Assembly: GCF_006345805.1 (NCBI RefSeq)
Contig: NC_043000.1
Coordinates: 57,350,001 to 57,414,000 of the forward strand
DNA from: Octopus sinensis
Lineage: Eukaryota
Direction: 5' to 3'
DNA length: 64,000 bases
This document shows, one piece after another, positions 23,385-37,325 of this stretch. Numbering within the stretch: the stretch's first letter is position 1; every line of letters starts with the position of its first letter. Under the pieces are notes generated by a model. That model was not told where the DNA came from, did not search any database, and was given only the letters and a program-made list of their open reading frames with translations. The position numbers and the translations under genes are program-made.

Positions 23385-23595
23385 AGTACTGCCTGACTGC
23401 CCCTTGTGCTGGTGGCACATAAAAGCACCCACTACACTCTCAAAGTGGTTGGTGTTAGGAAGGGCATCCAGCTGTAGAAACTCTACCAGATCAGATTGGA
23501 GTCTGGTGCAGCCATCTGGTTCGCCAGACCTCAGTCAAATCGTCCAACCCATGCTAGCATGAAAAGTGGACGTTAAACAATGATGATGATGATGA
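23385..23595 (+). mobile_element. RTE-tail-type retroposon
   Basis: Same GTTAGGAAGGGCATCCAGCTGTAGAAAC module and (GAT)n tail; further copies at 8800-8995, 30290-30440, 43965-44400, 45240-45570 and 55760-55990 (+), and 26830-27110 and 56190-56390 (-). Confidence 0.8.
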
Positions 23596-23759
23596 TTCAC
23601 ACACACATACATACATACATACATACATACATACATACATACATACATACATACATACATACATACATACATACATGGATTGAAGACATGGCTATATTCT
23701 GGTTGTAGTTCTTTTATGAAGGGTTTTTTTCTTTAAATATTTTCTTTTGAGTCTCTCAT

Positions 23760-24820
23760 TGTTCACTTGGAATAATAAGGCTCCCAAATTCATCATTACA
23801 CTTTTTCACATGTCAGAAAGTAAAGATGCATCACCATGTCAAGGCACCACTGGTACCTTTGTCGCATGGGATGCACATATATGTCCAATCTTGTGGGACC
23901 ATGTGCTCCTCTCCACAGACACAGTTATTTGCTTACCTGTATTGATAGGTACACCATGTGGATCAATGTCATTCCACTAACCAACATCACAACCTGAGAT
24001 TGTCATCAAAGCATTTACACAGTAGTGGATTTCTAGGTCTACTGCTCTATCTACCATCACAATTGATGAGAGACAGCAGTTTGAGTCCAAGTTATTCACA
24101 AAGCTAACACAATTACCTGTTTGCAATCAAAACTGAACTACCACTTACCATTCAACAGCTAACAGTACAGAATATTTCCCTTACCGACTTGGCTCAAGTC
24201 AGCACTGGAAGTTCAGGCAATGATATGGTTACCTTCCTTTTGTGCTACAAGGTATTTTTTTGACAATGAAAGATGAAAGTGGGTGTACTACTGCTGAATT
24301 CTGGCATGGAAATATCAACAAATTACAAAACAGAGAATAACACCCTGTCAGCCCACCACAATGTGAGACTCATTAAACTATACTCACAGACTGCATGAAT
24401 ACCTGACCTGTACTCTACCTATTATCACTTGGTCACAGCAGACCAAAGTAGGGGTCCCTGCAAGACCTCTCCAAATGTTTACATGATTTGTTTGCTGTAA
24501 TGCAATCAAGAAACCACTTCAGACAGCAAGATTGTTCTGTTGCATTGAAATGATGCACAGAATTCCCAAGTATTTAACCCTAATATACATGACAAATTGG
24601 AGATTTTGGCACCAGCTATCTGAAGCCACCACATCTGGATAGCAATCTAACCACAGAATCTCAATCAGCAACAACTATAGCATTACCATCAACCATCCTT
24701 ACACCAGTAACTCAACCTACTGTCTATGCCTCTGTTACCAGTTCCAACAATCTTTTTACCCAGTAAACAAGGAAGACTAAGACAAGACAACACATCAACT
24801 AGCCAATCCATTTTGTAAAA
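23760..24820 (+). mobile_element. Ty3/gypsy integrase relic
   Basis: Frameshifted translation gives CQKVKMHHHVKAP, VGP, YLLTCIDRYTMW, WISR..TITID..QFESKLF, TTTYHSTAN, GCTTAE, typical of gypsy rve integrase. Confidence 0.8.
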
Positions 24821-25461
24821 ATATTTCATTTCTCATTAGCAAGTTTTGCATCATTTTTCATTTTTCCTACCGTTTATCAATTGCTACTTCCCCAGTCATC
24901 AAGAAAGTGGATTGATATAGTGACTACAGTAATAATGGCTTCATAGTTTTGTTATATGCTATTTTAGCCTACAAGAAATATTAATCTATGAAAGGCTAGT
25001 AGTCTGAGAGCCTTATTTTGTTACAATTTAAAAGATCAACTACCTTCGAGCCACTCAACACCAGATATGTCAATCAGCTGACCTTCCAACATGTTTTTAT
25101 ACAAACATCAGAAAGCAACAATGAACCAACAAAATGGAATCATCTTTCTTTCAGCTATCCAAATCATGGTACATATTGACAAGAATAAAGAATCTCTTTC
25201 TACCAGTTAAAAAACATGTTATCTATTTTTACAGCTATCAGTTATCTGTTTGATAATTGTTTTACAAACATGAACAATCTCTATGTACATTTTTATAACA
25301 TTTTCTACAACACATTTCAACTGACATTGTAAAACAAGATATACATGTACATTTCCATCACACATTATTCAATTAACTTTCTAAAAACTAAAAATATGTA
25401 TGTTTATTTCTAAACATACTTATATTTGATCTTGTAAATTGTATTCCTGAATTTTGTTCTA

Positions 25462-26027
25462 TTGGGTTGTCCAGAAAGTTCGTGCCGATTTATAGTAGCT
25501 TACCTTTTGACTTATTTTAGAACATGGTTGAGTCCATAAAATAGGATTTGACTACACCTCCATTTAGAGCACAGTTTAAGCTATCTTTTTGTGGAAGAAG
25601 GTTTATGTTCCTATAACCTGTGTTAATTTTGTAACCCTTTAAAATGGAAGATAAGAAAGTTCCTTTTCAGCACTTGATGCTTTGGGAACCAGACAAAAAT
25701 TGCTGCAGCTCGGCTGGGATGTGTTACCCCACCCACCATATTTACCAGATATTGTTCCTTCGGATTTCCACTTATTCAGGTCTCTGTAGAATAGTCTTAA
25801 TGGTAAAAATTTCAATTCCTTGGATGACGTAAAAAGATACCTTGATGAATTCTTTGCCATGAATCCACCTCAAATCCGGGAAGAGGGTATTTTCAAGTTA
25901 AAGGAATGATGGAGACGCATTATGTAACAAAATGGTTCATAAGTGGTTGATTAAAAATGTAATGGCAAGTATTTATTGACCTTTTTCTTTCCTTTAAAAA
26001 TCGGCACAAACTTTCCGGACAACCCAA
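25462..26027 (+). mobile_element. Internally deleted mariner
   Basis: TA|TTGGGTTGTCCAGAAAGTTCGTGCCGATTT and AAATCGGCACAAACTTTCCGGACAACCCAA|TA; C-terminal GWDVLPHPPYLPDIVPSDFHLFRSL. Confidence 0.93.
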
Positions 26028-26214
26028 TATTTAACTTATATTCACAAATCATGTACTATGTGCCAATTGAATTATTCTGTCAACAAGATCGAAAGATGTC
26101 TAATTTTGTTGATATGAAGAAAATAAAAATAAAAATGATATATGTTTCATTCTTGCTTTAAGTTCTCTACAATTATCTTTAATGCTTCAGAGTTGTGTGT
26201 GCGTGTGTGCACGC

Positions 26215-26245
<31 letters not shown>

Positions 26246-27719
26246 TGTATGTATGTATGTATGTATGTATGTACGTACGTACGTATGTATGTATGTATGT
26301 ATGTACACTAACAAATACATCCACTCTTTTTTGTCTTGTCGGATCCAAGAACCTTCCAAACCAACCAGAATGTTGTTTTTGATCAGGTTTGCCTTCCTAA
26401 CTGTAATGTATTTATCTATCATAGAGAATCTCTATGTGCTGATAACTAGAAATAAAATCAATAGAAAAGTGTCACTTTTTGTTTGGATACTCTAAAATAA
26501 GAGTTAAAGCCTTTAAATAAATGATATTTTAAATCACTTATTAATTTGACAATATATGACTATATAATTTATATAATTGTATCACTAAATAAGTTCCAGC
26601 CAGAGTAAACATCTTTGCAAATCTGGAGCCAGTAGGATTTTCTGAGTGCTGGGAAGGTGCCTGATAGATTCACTCTGTACCCTTGGGCTAGAGATAGAAG
26701 TTTTTTTTTTTTTTTTATGGGATGATACCATTAGTGTTTTATTTGCTCCATTACATCCTTAATGTTGCAATGGAGAAGAGAGTGACTACTTCCATAACTG
26801 AATGAACTAAGGCATCAAAGTATTTTAATCATCATCATCATTTAACATCTGCCTTCCATACTAGCATGGGTTGGACAGTTTAACAGGAGCTGGCTAGATA
26901 GAAGACTACACCAGCTTCAGTGTCTGTTTTAGTGGTTTTCCTAACACCAATCACCCTGCAGAGTGGACTGAGTGCTTTTTATGTGGCACCAGCACAGGTG
27001 ATGTCAGTTTTTACATGGTTTTTACATCTGGATGCCTTTTCAAATGCCAACCACTTCACAATGTGGACTAGATGCTTTTTACATGGCACCAGCACCAGCA
27101 GGGTCACCAAGTAACTTGCAAGACATCAGTAAATTATATTTTTCAGCCTGTGGCTTTTGGGATGGTGGTGGGTGTTAGACTGCAGACAAGTAAGTTTTTG
27201 ACTTTATTAGCATCCTGCCTTACCGATATTTGAGATTAGTCATGGGCAAACTGCTACTTTTGGGATTTTCTGAATGGCACACCTAACAAAAGATTACTTT
27301 GAATTCTTTTTCAGTAGTGCAACCTGCCTAATAATGATCCATATCTTGTGAGGTGTGCTTCTTGAAAAAGATTACCCATGCCTGTTTTTGATGATACTTG
27401 GGAGGCTGCCTGGCTGTACAGACCTCAGCCTCACAATCACCTTCAGTAATGCCTTGAGTTTGGAGTGTCTCAAAAATTTTAGAGAGGAGCACCAATTTCC
27501 TCTAGCATGTTGTATAAGGGAATGGATTGTGCATGCCTCTATTTTGATTATTTATTTACTGATTTCCTTTTTCACTTTGTTTTCTTTTTTCTTTTTCTTA
27601 TGGCTTACTTTTGTAGACTTATAAACCATAAAGGGTAGTATTTATACAATGGTTCTACACATATATGAAAAAAAAAACTTTTTATTCAATAGTCAAATAT
27701 CTAGAAAACAATAGTAGTT

Positions 27720-28110
27720 TAAAATTTTGGCACAAGGCCAGCAATTTTAGGGGAGAAGGTAAGTCAACTGCATTAACTTTGCTGTTCAACTGGTAATTAT
27801 TTTATCAACTCTGTAAGGATGAAAAGCAAAGTTATCCTTGGCAGAATTTGAACTCAGAATGTAATGAGCCAGGAGAAATGCTGCAAAACATTTTGTCCAT
27901 CTCACTAATGATTCTATCAGCTTGCTGTCACGGATAAAATAATACTTTCTACTATATGCACAAAGCCTGAAATTTTTTGGCAGGGGTCAGTCAATTACAT
28001 CAACTCAAGTGCTCACCTAGTAATTAATTTATTGACCTCAAAAGGACAAAAGGCAAATCAACCTTGACAGAATTTGAACTCAGGACATGAAGCATTTTGT
28101 CTATTCTACT
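27720..28110 (-). mobile_element. Two tandem family-B SINEs; a similar pair lies at 29510-29910
   Basis: Repeated GGCACAAGGCCAGCAATTTT...GAATTTGAACTCAGAA modules. Confidence 0.7.
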
Positions 28111-28132
28111 TCTCATCACTTAGCCTTAGATG

Positions 28133-29340
28133 TAAGGGTGGGCAGAAAAGTTCACAGGCTGACTATGAAAGAGTGATGCTAATACTGTGAAATCTTGCAT
28201 GCATTAATTTCAACTCTTCTTATTAATATCTGCATTATTTCTTTTTGTGTAAACTGACATCTGACTCTTCAAAAAAGACATCAAAAACTAACTAGTAGCT
28301 ACTTCCCTTGAAAATAGACAAAATTTGGTATCATGGTGATATCAAGTACCCGAAGGAAAAGAGTTTATCCCCCAGGGACATTTATGCTGACATGGTTGCT
28401 ACATTAGGGGATGATGCTCCAGGTTTATCAACAATGCAAAAGTGGGTAACTGAATTTAGGAGAGGAAGGAAGAGTCTTGAAGATAACCCAAGTTCTGGGC
28501 ATCCTGTAACTGCAACCACAGAGGAAATCATTGATTGTGTTTGCCACATACTGTTGGATAACAAAGATTGACTATAAATCAAATAGCCAATGCTATTAAC
28601 ATATCCCATGAAAGAGTTAAGAATGTTCTGCACAATGAACTTGGCATGGCAAAGGTTTCTGCTCGGTGGGTGCCACATCTTCTGACATCTGATCAAAAGC
28701 ACAGCAGGTTGATTATGTCACAGGGAAATCTAACATTGCTTCAGGCAGATCCAACTGGTTTTCTTGAAATTTCCCAACCCAGGATGAGTGTTGGCTTCAT
28801 CAATTTGAGTCAAAGACAAAGAGACAATTGATGCAGTGGAAACACACCTCCTCACCTGCTCCAAAGAAGGTCATGGCCATTTTATCTGCAGGGAACGTGA
28901 CAGCCTCAGTTTTTTTGGAATGCAAAAGACATGTTTATTGACTGTCTTCAAAAGGACCACACTATCAATGCAAAGCACTATGCCAACTTGCTGAAGCAGT
29001 TATGAAAGCTAACAAGACCAAACACCCAAGAAAACTGATGAAAGAGGTCTTGTTTCATCAGGACAGTGTTCCAGCACGCAAGCCCTTGGTTTCAATGGCT
29101 GCTGTGCATGACTGTGGTTTTAAACTGGTTGATCAGCCTTCCTAATCTCCTGATTTATCCCCATCTACCATCTGTTCCCCAATATGGAAAAATGCTTCAC
29201 TAGGAGCCAGTATCACAGTGATGAGGACATTATATCTGCTGCTGATGACTTTTTTGACCGACAGATTGAAAGCTCCCTCACCAATGGGATCCAAGCACTG
29301 CAATACCAATGGAAGAGGTTTGTGGACTGCAAAGGGGAAG
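28133..29340 (+). mobile_element. Mariner transposon, 3'-truncated, disrupted
   Basis: Left TIR-like AGGGTGGGCAGAAAAGTTCACAGGCTGAC; QKWVTEFRRGRKSLEDNPSSGHP, SARWVPHLLT, FHQDSVP, SPDLSPS motifs. Confidence 0.9.
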
Positions 29341-31062
29341 TTTTCCAGTAACTTTCTTTGCTGAACTCATTGAACTCAGAATCCTGGAACTAGCACCTTA
29401 ATTTGTGAACTTGCCAACAATGTTGTTGTAAGCACTCACTTTTATCTTTATCTTCTGGATATTGATTTGAGACAACGATAAAGAATTTCACCTAAATACA
29501 ATGAATATTGATTTCAAATTCTGGCATAAGACCAGCAAGTTCTGGGTAGGTAAATCGAATACATTGACCCCAGTATGCAACTGGTACTTATTTTATTGAT
29601 CTTCAAAGGATGAAAGACAAAGTTGACCTCAGTGGAATTTGAACTCAGAACGTAAAGACGGATGAAATGTCACTAAACATTTTCCCTAGCATGCTAACAA
29701 TTCTGCCAACTTGCTACCTATAGTTTCAAACTTTGGCACAAGGCCAGCAATTTCGGGGTAGAGGGTAAATTGATTATATTGATCCCAATGCTCAATTGGA
29801 ACTTATTTTATCAACCCCAAAAGGGATGAAAGGCAAAGTCAGCCTCAGGCAATTTGAACTCAGAATGTAAAGACGAATGAAATACTGCTAAGTATTTCAC
29901 CCAGTGTGATTATGGCTATGCTATTTCAACTATATAATGATTTACTCTGATGTCGAATTTTATAATGTAACCTTTTCCTGTTCTTTGTATTTCGTAATCA
30001 TTTTTGTTACAATTATGAAGAAAGTATCCATTATTGAATATATATGAAATCGAATATTCTTCTATTGTTTTATTTGTTTCAGTTATTGAACTGTGGACAT
30101 GCTCATGCACGGTCTTGAAAAGTATAGATTTAGGTGTTCAAGTTGACCTCAGGACCTAAATCTTTCAAGTCTAGTACTTATTCCATCAGTCTGCTTTTAT
30201 GAACTGCTATGGTTACAGGGACATAAAGAGACCAACAATGGTTGTTGGGTAGTGTGGGAGCACACACACACACACACATTTGCAAATGCATATATATGGC
30301 GTTAGGAAGGGCATCCAGCCGTAGAAACACTGCCAAATCTGACTGGGCCTGATGAAGCCTTCCGGCTTCACAGACCCCAGTTAAACTGTCCAACCCATGC
30401 TAGCATGGAAAACGGACGCCAAATGATGATGATGATGATGATATATACAGTTTCTTTTAGAAAAACATAAATTCGGAGGAGTACAGTCTAAGAAGTAGAG
30501 CAGTCTATATTAATTACTGGTGAAGGCTGGTTTATAAGGTTACACTGGGTTTCTCACCATAAAGGTCCCCTTTATGGCATATCTTCAGACCCTAAAACCT
30601 GATGGCCTATGGCACCTTTAAAATATTTAACATATATATGAAAGCCTCTCTATCTCTCTCTGACCATGTTGACAGCTTTAAGGCAATCAATAAGAGACAG
30701 TCAACATCTTTCACAGATATTTTATGGTGACTGAAGAAGGATAAAATGAAGTACAGCATTAATTGGTCCATAGTAAGGTATGCAAAATCATACAATATAA
30801 TTTCCAGGAGATGCCATCTCTACTCCAAGGAATCCCTGTCTATTTGTGGACTAACGAGAAGATAATTAATAGAATTTCTGAACGACTCTCGAGATGCCTA
30901 CATGCATATAAATGCAGTGAGAATAAATTTTGAGTAACCATTAATTTAATTTAATTTAATTTCAGGTATGGATGACTTAAGTTTACTTTAAACCTCCTCA
31001 TTCTTATAAACACCAAGTAAATAACTAACTCTCTTTGTGATCATGAGTGCACCAAACCTTAC

Positions 31063-31270
31063 GTGTGCGTATGCTCACATTTTCGCGGATGCGTGTATGA
31101 GCGAATGTACTCGTCCCATGCTTGCCTGAGGGCGTTTATACATCCATATCTCTTAACGATTATTTTTAATACTCTTCTCACTGGATTGCATGTTCGTTTC
31201 TCTTTTTGTCCTCTGTGATTTTATTTTTGATCTTCTGTATAAATGAAGATATTTCCTCCGTCTGGTTGTT
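31063..31270 (-). other. Candidate non-coding 5' exon
   Basis: Unique CpG-containing sequence ending in a minus-strand donor CAC|GTAAGG at 31062; same orientation as the neurensin exon. The 5' limit is a guess. Confidence 0.3.
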
Positions 31271-31513
31271 TTTCTCTCTACAAAACGGAAAGTTATATTG
31301 CAGAACAGTGATTTTAACAAGTTGTATTTATTTATTTAACACCTGACGAGATACATCTGTACCACCGGATGTTCCTGAACCAGTTGTTTAGTGTCCCACC
31401 CAAGAGGAATCGATGCTAGATGTGTTGAAACAATTGTTGTGATTAATAATAAATTCTCGTATATTCCATCTTCTGTCTTTAATTTGTTACATGTGTGTGT
31501 GCGTGTGTGTGTG

Positions 31514-31563
<50 letters not shown>

Positions 31564-31795
31564 CTGTTGTGTTTGGGGAGAGTCATTCTCTTCTGGTGCC
31601 TTATAATTTAACACACTCACCGGTTAAATTTCTACTTATTTCTTTTTCATTTTTCTGAAATTTTCGTTGCGTCTTGCAACTGGTGAGTGTGTTAAATTAT
31701 AAGGCACTAAAAGAGAATGACTCTCTCCAGACACAACAGAATATGCTTCAACACACGAACTCACATAAAGAATCTTGCAAACCAAATTCAAAAAC
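31564..31795. mobile_element. Fold-back Penelope-like repeat (62-bp arms, 52-nt spacer, extra ~55-bp tail)
   Basis: 31564-31625 is the reverse complement of 31678-31739; same family as 51749-51980. Confidence 0.8.
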
Positions 31796-33989
31796 GATAC
31801 ACACACAAACACACACAGTCTCCGTCTCGTAAATTCACTTACAAGGAATTGATCGGCTCTGAACGGCTACAATAGAAGATACTTGCCCAAGGTGCCGTAC
31901 AGTGGGACTGAACCCGTAACCAAGTGGTTGAGAAACAAACTTCTTAACCATGCAGCTATATCAAAGCCAATACAATAACTTTCCTCTTATTTATTTATTT
32001 ATTAGTCGTTCTCCCAGAAGAAATTCAACACCGAAAACCCATTTTGATGTTTGATTGTAGGAGAACGTGTTAAAAATGAATTTACAACTAGTTTTCAGCT
32101 CCATTTCTAAACTTGGTGCTATTAAGACAAGAATTATCTCCCTTAGACTTGTTCCACTAAACTGAAACTCGTACGCTTAGTTGTTTTGCAGGGCGATTGT
32201 GAGATGAGTAGTGACTAGTAATTTGAACTGTATGACAGTTTGGATGTTTCACTTATATAAGCGACTGGAAGCTATTGAAATAAAGAAGCCTTCCAGTAAA
32301 GACTGGCGACAACGAAATCTGGCGTCACGATTCTATTTCGGATGTTTATTTGGTTGTGAAACACCCAAGTTTAAACTAATGGTATCTGATTTAAGCACAA
32401 GGCCAGTCATTTTTTTTTTTAATAGGAGGGGTTAGTCGATGACAGTCGATATAAAGGTGAAAGTAAACTGCACTGAAAAATGCCATGATTTCGTTATCAC
32501 AGGCCTTAATTATAGAGTATCTTCTAGTGATAGCATGAGCCTTTCTGAAATAGCAGCTGAAGTACATGAATACCAAATAATGAACACCAGTGAAAAGCAA
32601 CAGGGACTTATTTGATGTGTGTGTGTGCGTGCGGGCGCGCTGGTGGTGGTGGTGCCGCGCGTGCGAAGTTGTGGAACCATTCTTTAAATTTTGATAATCC
32701 AACGATGAGAGCACCCATACACGGCCTATCGAGGAGCGACAGCTACTTGTCAAGAAGGAACTTGGGAAACAATGGAACGAGTGATTAACATCATATCTGT
32801 ATTAGCGTGAGGCGATAGCGATATAAGTTCAAATTATGTGTACATTCTTATGCATCGTTTTCATGTTAAATAATTATAATTCAATTCTGATGTTCTTCCC
32901 AGTTTCTATCATAACTTTGGTTAACGGTATAACTTTTTTTTTAGAAAATTACGATTTGAATTTAATAATTACATATATATCACGTATGTATATGATACAA
33001 ATACAATACAAAACTGTATTAAAAATAAATAAAAAAAAACGAAGAAAATACACAAACATGAGCAAGGAAAGAAAAAAAATGAAAACTTCAATTTACTTCC
33101 ATATTTTTAAGACGCTAAACTGCATGTTAACCTTTTGATCCTAAAGGGAGGAAACACCTAATTGGCCTCGACGAGATTTGAACTCAGAACGTAAGGAGTC
33201 TCAAGAACCACTGCAAGGCGTTTAACGATTCTTCCAACCCATCACTTTTTTTCCTTAAAAGGTTCGAACAGTGTCTTTCTAATTTTGCGATAATCGAAAA
33301 GAATATTTTATATTCCTACTGGATTGCTGTAACTTCAAATAAAATGAAAAAGCGCGTTACAAAGAAAGGGTTACTAAAAGTGGAGTAAATATTTCACTAA
33401 TTATTTCGTTTTCCTGAGATAACTAATACTCTCGAGTCAGTGAAGGAACTTCTACATGATCGTAAAGCCAGTAAAATATAGAAGCTATCTGTCCCTCAAA
33501 ACACACTATCATTTATTTAAAATGGAATCATTATATAATGAGATTCAGGATACATTATTTCTGAAATTATGACAAGACGGTCACAGCTTGAATACTTTTG
33601 ATATCAGAGGTGTGTTCAATCAGGGCTGGCTTGAAGCTAAACAACAGCAACAAACGTACTGTAGAAGGGCATGAATGATTCATATAAATCTAGAATTTTA
33701 TAGCTTTATAAGAAATATATAATACGCGTTGTTTTAGGGGTCAAATGCTACTGAGATTGACTCCTTTTCATTTCTCGCAAAATCTCCCTTACAACCCCAA
33801 TTACTGACCTAGCTTTCGAGTCCATCTTTAGATCCAAAATGGCTAACCTTGAACAACTTCTGAAAAACATTGAAGTAATTGAACTCCACCAAGGTTTTTT
33901 TTTTTATACCTAGGAATTACAAATCAATTCCTAAGCTATTGTATTTTCTGAGAGTTAGTCCCTCTTATAGATTCCTGTCGTCCCTCCAA

Positions 33990-34980
33990 TACTTTGACGA
34001 CCTAATCTTCAGGAAACTCTCCCGCGACTAAGCGGTTTGGGGGTCTAGGTCTGCGCAACTGCTCGTCATTATCTCTTCCCTGTTTTTTCCCTCCATCCAC
34101 GCTTGCTCCCCTTTGGTAGGCAACATCTTCTCCTCTCCAACATGGACTGATTCAAACAGGAAGATGGATGAAGCTCTGTCACAGTGGAGAGAGCTGGGTT
34201 TGTCAGTTCCGGTTACAGTGGAGGATAGACGGAAACAGAGAGTATGGAACAATCTGCGTTCAGGTGCCACTTTCAACTCTCTCCTTGATCAATCTGATTA
34301 ATTTTCAAGGTATCGTCTACTTTCAGCTAGTGCAAAATTCTCGGGCGACTGGATTGATGCCCTGCCTATGACCAACATTGAGGGTCTACTCGGTCTAGAT
34401 GAACTCCGCATCTCCATCGCACACAGAGTGGGAGTTGACGTCTGTAGGGACTGAGATACCACTGTGGTAGGCCCCCTCGACCACACAGGCCTTCACGGTC
34501 TGTCTTGCCGCCTAAATTTTGGTTGCTTCACTTGCCACACCAAGCTAAACCTAATCATTAAGCGGGCCCTGGCTCGGATTAATATCCCCTCATTGCTGGA
34601 GCCGTCGGGGTTATCCAAAAGCGATGAAAGAGACCAGATGGTCTTCTCTTCTGTTCTGGATCAGAGGTAGGTATCTCATTTGGGACACCACAGTCTGTGA
34701 CTCCTTTGCTCCCTCCCACATGCTGCAGTTAATGAGAGTGTCACTGCTTCCGTAGACGAACGGAAGAAAACTCTGAATTATCAGGACCTGACAGTGAACT
34801 ATCTATTCCAGCGTGTGGCGTTTGAGACGTTTGGAAGGACAGGGCCACTAAACACGAAGTTCTTGTCAACGTTCTCAGCTCACCTTACCGAGGTGACATC
34901 TGATGCCCGTGAGGGCGATTGGTAAAGCTGTGGTAATGCTGCGAGTGTGCTGGTTTGCTGAATGGATAATATTAATTAAA
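33990..34980 (+). mobile_element. CRE-like non-LTR retrotransposon 3' fragment with restriction-like endonuclease, disrupted
   Basis: RFGGLGLR (RT C-terminal), SGDWIDALP, GLHGLSC..H..LN..IKRAL (zinc knuckle), KRPDG, YLIWDTTVCDS, ERKK..Y, VAFETFG across frames. Confidence 0.82.
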
Positions 34981-34984
34981 TTTA

Positions 34985-35190
34985 GGGCGGCGAGCTGGCA
35001 GAATCGTTAGCACGCCGGGCAAAATGTTCTGAGTTCAAATTCCGCCGAGGTCGACTTTGCCTTTCGTCCTTTCGGGGTCGATTAAATAAGTACCAGTTAC
35101 GCAATAGAGTCGATGTAATCGACTTAATCCCTTTGCATGTCCTTATTTGTCCCCTCTATGTTAAGACCCCTGTGTGCAATAAAGAAATAA
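34985..35190 (+). mobile_element. tRNA-derived SINE (family B), young with an internal deletion
   Basis: GGCGGCGAGCTGGCAGAATCGTTAGCACGCCGGGC...GAGTTCAAATTCCGCCGAGG; other copies at 40915-41115 and 42530-42665 (-), and 48870-49080, 55430-55550 and 56895-57100 (+). Confidence 0.9.
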
Positions 35191-36641
35191 ATATTTAATT
35201 TGATCTGGGCAAGTACCGGTGAAAAAGCTGGACATTTTTCGAATAATTTGTCACAGTCATTATGAACATTTTTGATATCCACACGTGTACATTATTGTGC
35301 ACCAATATAGTATAGTCATTGTCTTTTTAATTTGGCAAATACGGGAGAGGCTAAGCTTTGCTGAAGAAGTTTAATAAGGCCAAAATATGGCTGGAATTGT
35401 CACCTGTACACGTTAAGATCGATATGTGTCAATGTAATGGATAGCTTGAAGTATGGGTGTATTTTTATGCATAAACACATTCACTCTTTCTATTCTGTCA
35501 GATCCAAACATCACAATTCACTCACCAGAATTTCGTTTTCAGGGAGATTATTTATTAATTATATCCCCCCCCCCCACTACATCAAATACAGTGGCCATAA
35601 TTGGTTTATTGCAACTCTTGGTGGCGTCATATTTGCTACTTTAAATAAATTGCACGCACACTTTCATTGTTTCATCGCTTTGCTTAACTATCAATTGTTG
35701 ATGCTATTTAACCCTTCGTCAAGCTTATCAAAGGTATTTCAGCTGTCCCCAAACACATCCGGGACTATATTGTTCAATATGTCGGGTCTTTTCCTTACTT
35801 TCTGACGTGGTGTGATTCAGTTGTTATTTCTAGCAATTAAAGCCACCACGTATATGCTTCTGCGTAAACACAAATATTATCAAGCTTCGGACGAGACCAT
35901 ATTAACAATTCTTCAATTCTTATTTCACATGTACTTCCGATTTCTTGAAAAATCGGCTTTTGTGGAATTGAAATCACACATGTCCACCACGAACCAAAGA
36001 AGGAGCCTCTACGTTGTAGTTCCATCCGCTAAACATAAGAGCTACATCAATCACACCATACCGTTGAAAAAAGAAATAGGGAGGTAACGTAATCCTAGAT
36101 TCACTACATGAAATATAGACAGCTGGAATACTTTTGATCATAGGTCTGCTTACATTGCGTTCACCTGGGGATAAACAAGATATATCCATGCACATACATA
36201 AAACGGTGATTAAAAAAGATAACTAAAAACAAAGCCAGTTTATGCAAAAGAGGAAGGACAAAGATATCACTGATAACTATTTTATCAACCACCAAAGTGA
36301 AATGAAATATAATGCATGTTGAGTCCAGAGCTCCACTATTTCCCCCACGGTTCAGTATTCCCTAAACACTTTATGTTATTATTGTTTAGTTTCAGGTGTC
36401 AATATTTCCTCTTCACACACGACACAGGCGCTTATATAATCATGCACACTACATACTCATAATCTAACGCGCGCACACGCACGTGCATAACAACATTATC
36501 TTCGCGTGTACACACGTTAATTCACGTAAGTGGACAATCTCTGCTTGATTTAACATGCGGAAACTGTGGCACAGACAGACATAACACAACACTTTATCAA
36601 CATTTTATCACCGAGACATGGATCTGACTAGGAAAAAAATT

Positions 36642-36655
36642 GTTTCCATGACAAC
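36642..36655. promoter_or_regulatory. RFX X-box consensus match
   Basis: GTTTCCATGACAAC fits GTNNYY-AT-RRNAAC and lies in unique CpG-retaining sequence. Confidence 0.45.
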
Positions 36656-36788
36656 CAGCAATTTCTTTGCTGTGCGACTCACAGTTAGTCAAGTTGATAT
36701 TTGAACGTTGTTCCTTGAACTATAAAATCTGCTACTCCATCTTCGAATACAATAATGTAATTCATGCATTTACACACACACGCATGTT

Positions 36789-36844
<56 letters not shown>

Positions 36845-37210
36845 AATACCTTTATAGAATCAAACTACATGCAAACACCTTTATATTTTCTGATCAGTTA
36901 CCAACCAGCGAAGAAGGTTCTGTACGGGCGTTTCTAATATTGACTCGTTAGAAATAGCAGCCAAATTCGTCTACGACCGTACAAAAGGAAACATACATGA
37001 AACAACGCATTTAGTCATAGCTCTACCCAGTCCGAACTGATTTGGGATCTTTTCTGTTTGGTTACCAGCGTCAATTTTTGTTCGAATTGATTCCATATTC
37101 AATGTAATGATACACTTTTATAGGCTAATTAATGACGGGAAAGTAATTTTCGCTATAAATCAATAAATAAAGAGTTATTAGTAATTAAAGTTTGAAGATT
37201 TTGGAAATTT

Positions 37211-37325
37211 TAGCCAATCGTAAGCCATAGACACATTCATGTCTGTTTCGATGGTAACAAGCTGAAACATGAGAACTTTTTTGCCTGTTGCCATAGTCTT
37301 TGAAAAGTCTGCGAGGAAGCACGTG
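37211..37325. promoter_or_regulatory. Promoter-like motif cluster
   Basis: CCAAT (37214-18), X-box-like GTTTCGATGGTAAC (37245-58), half X-box GTTGCCATAG (37287-96), E-box CACGTG (37320-25). Confidence 0.4.

Noticed and set aside
35437-36195. Several 60-120 aa ORFs in unique CpG-retaining DNA
   Set aside because: No recognisable motif and stops in all extended frames; possibly an old TE, which a tBLASTx search could resolve.
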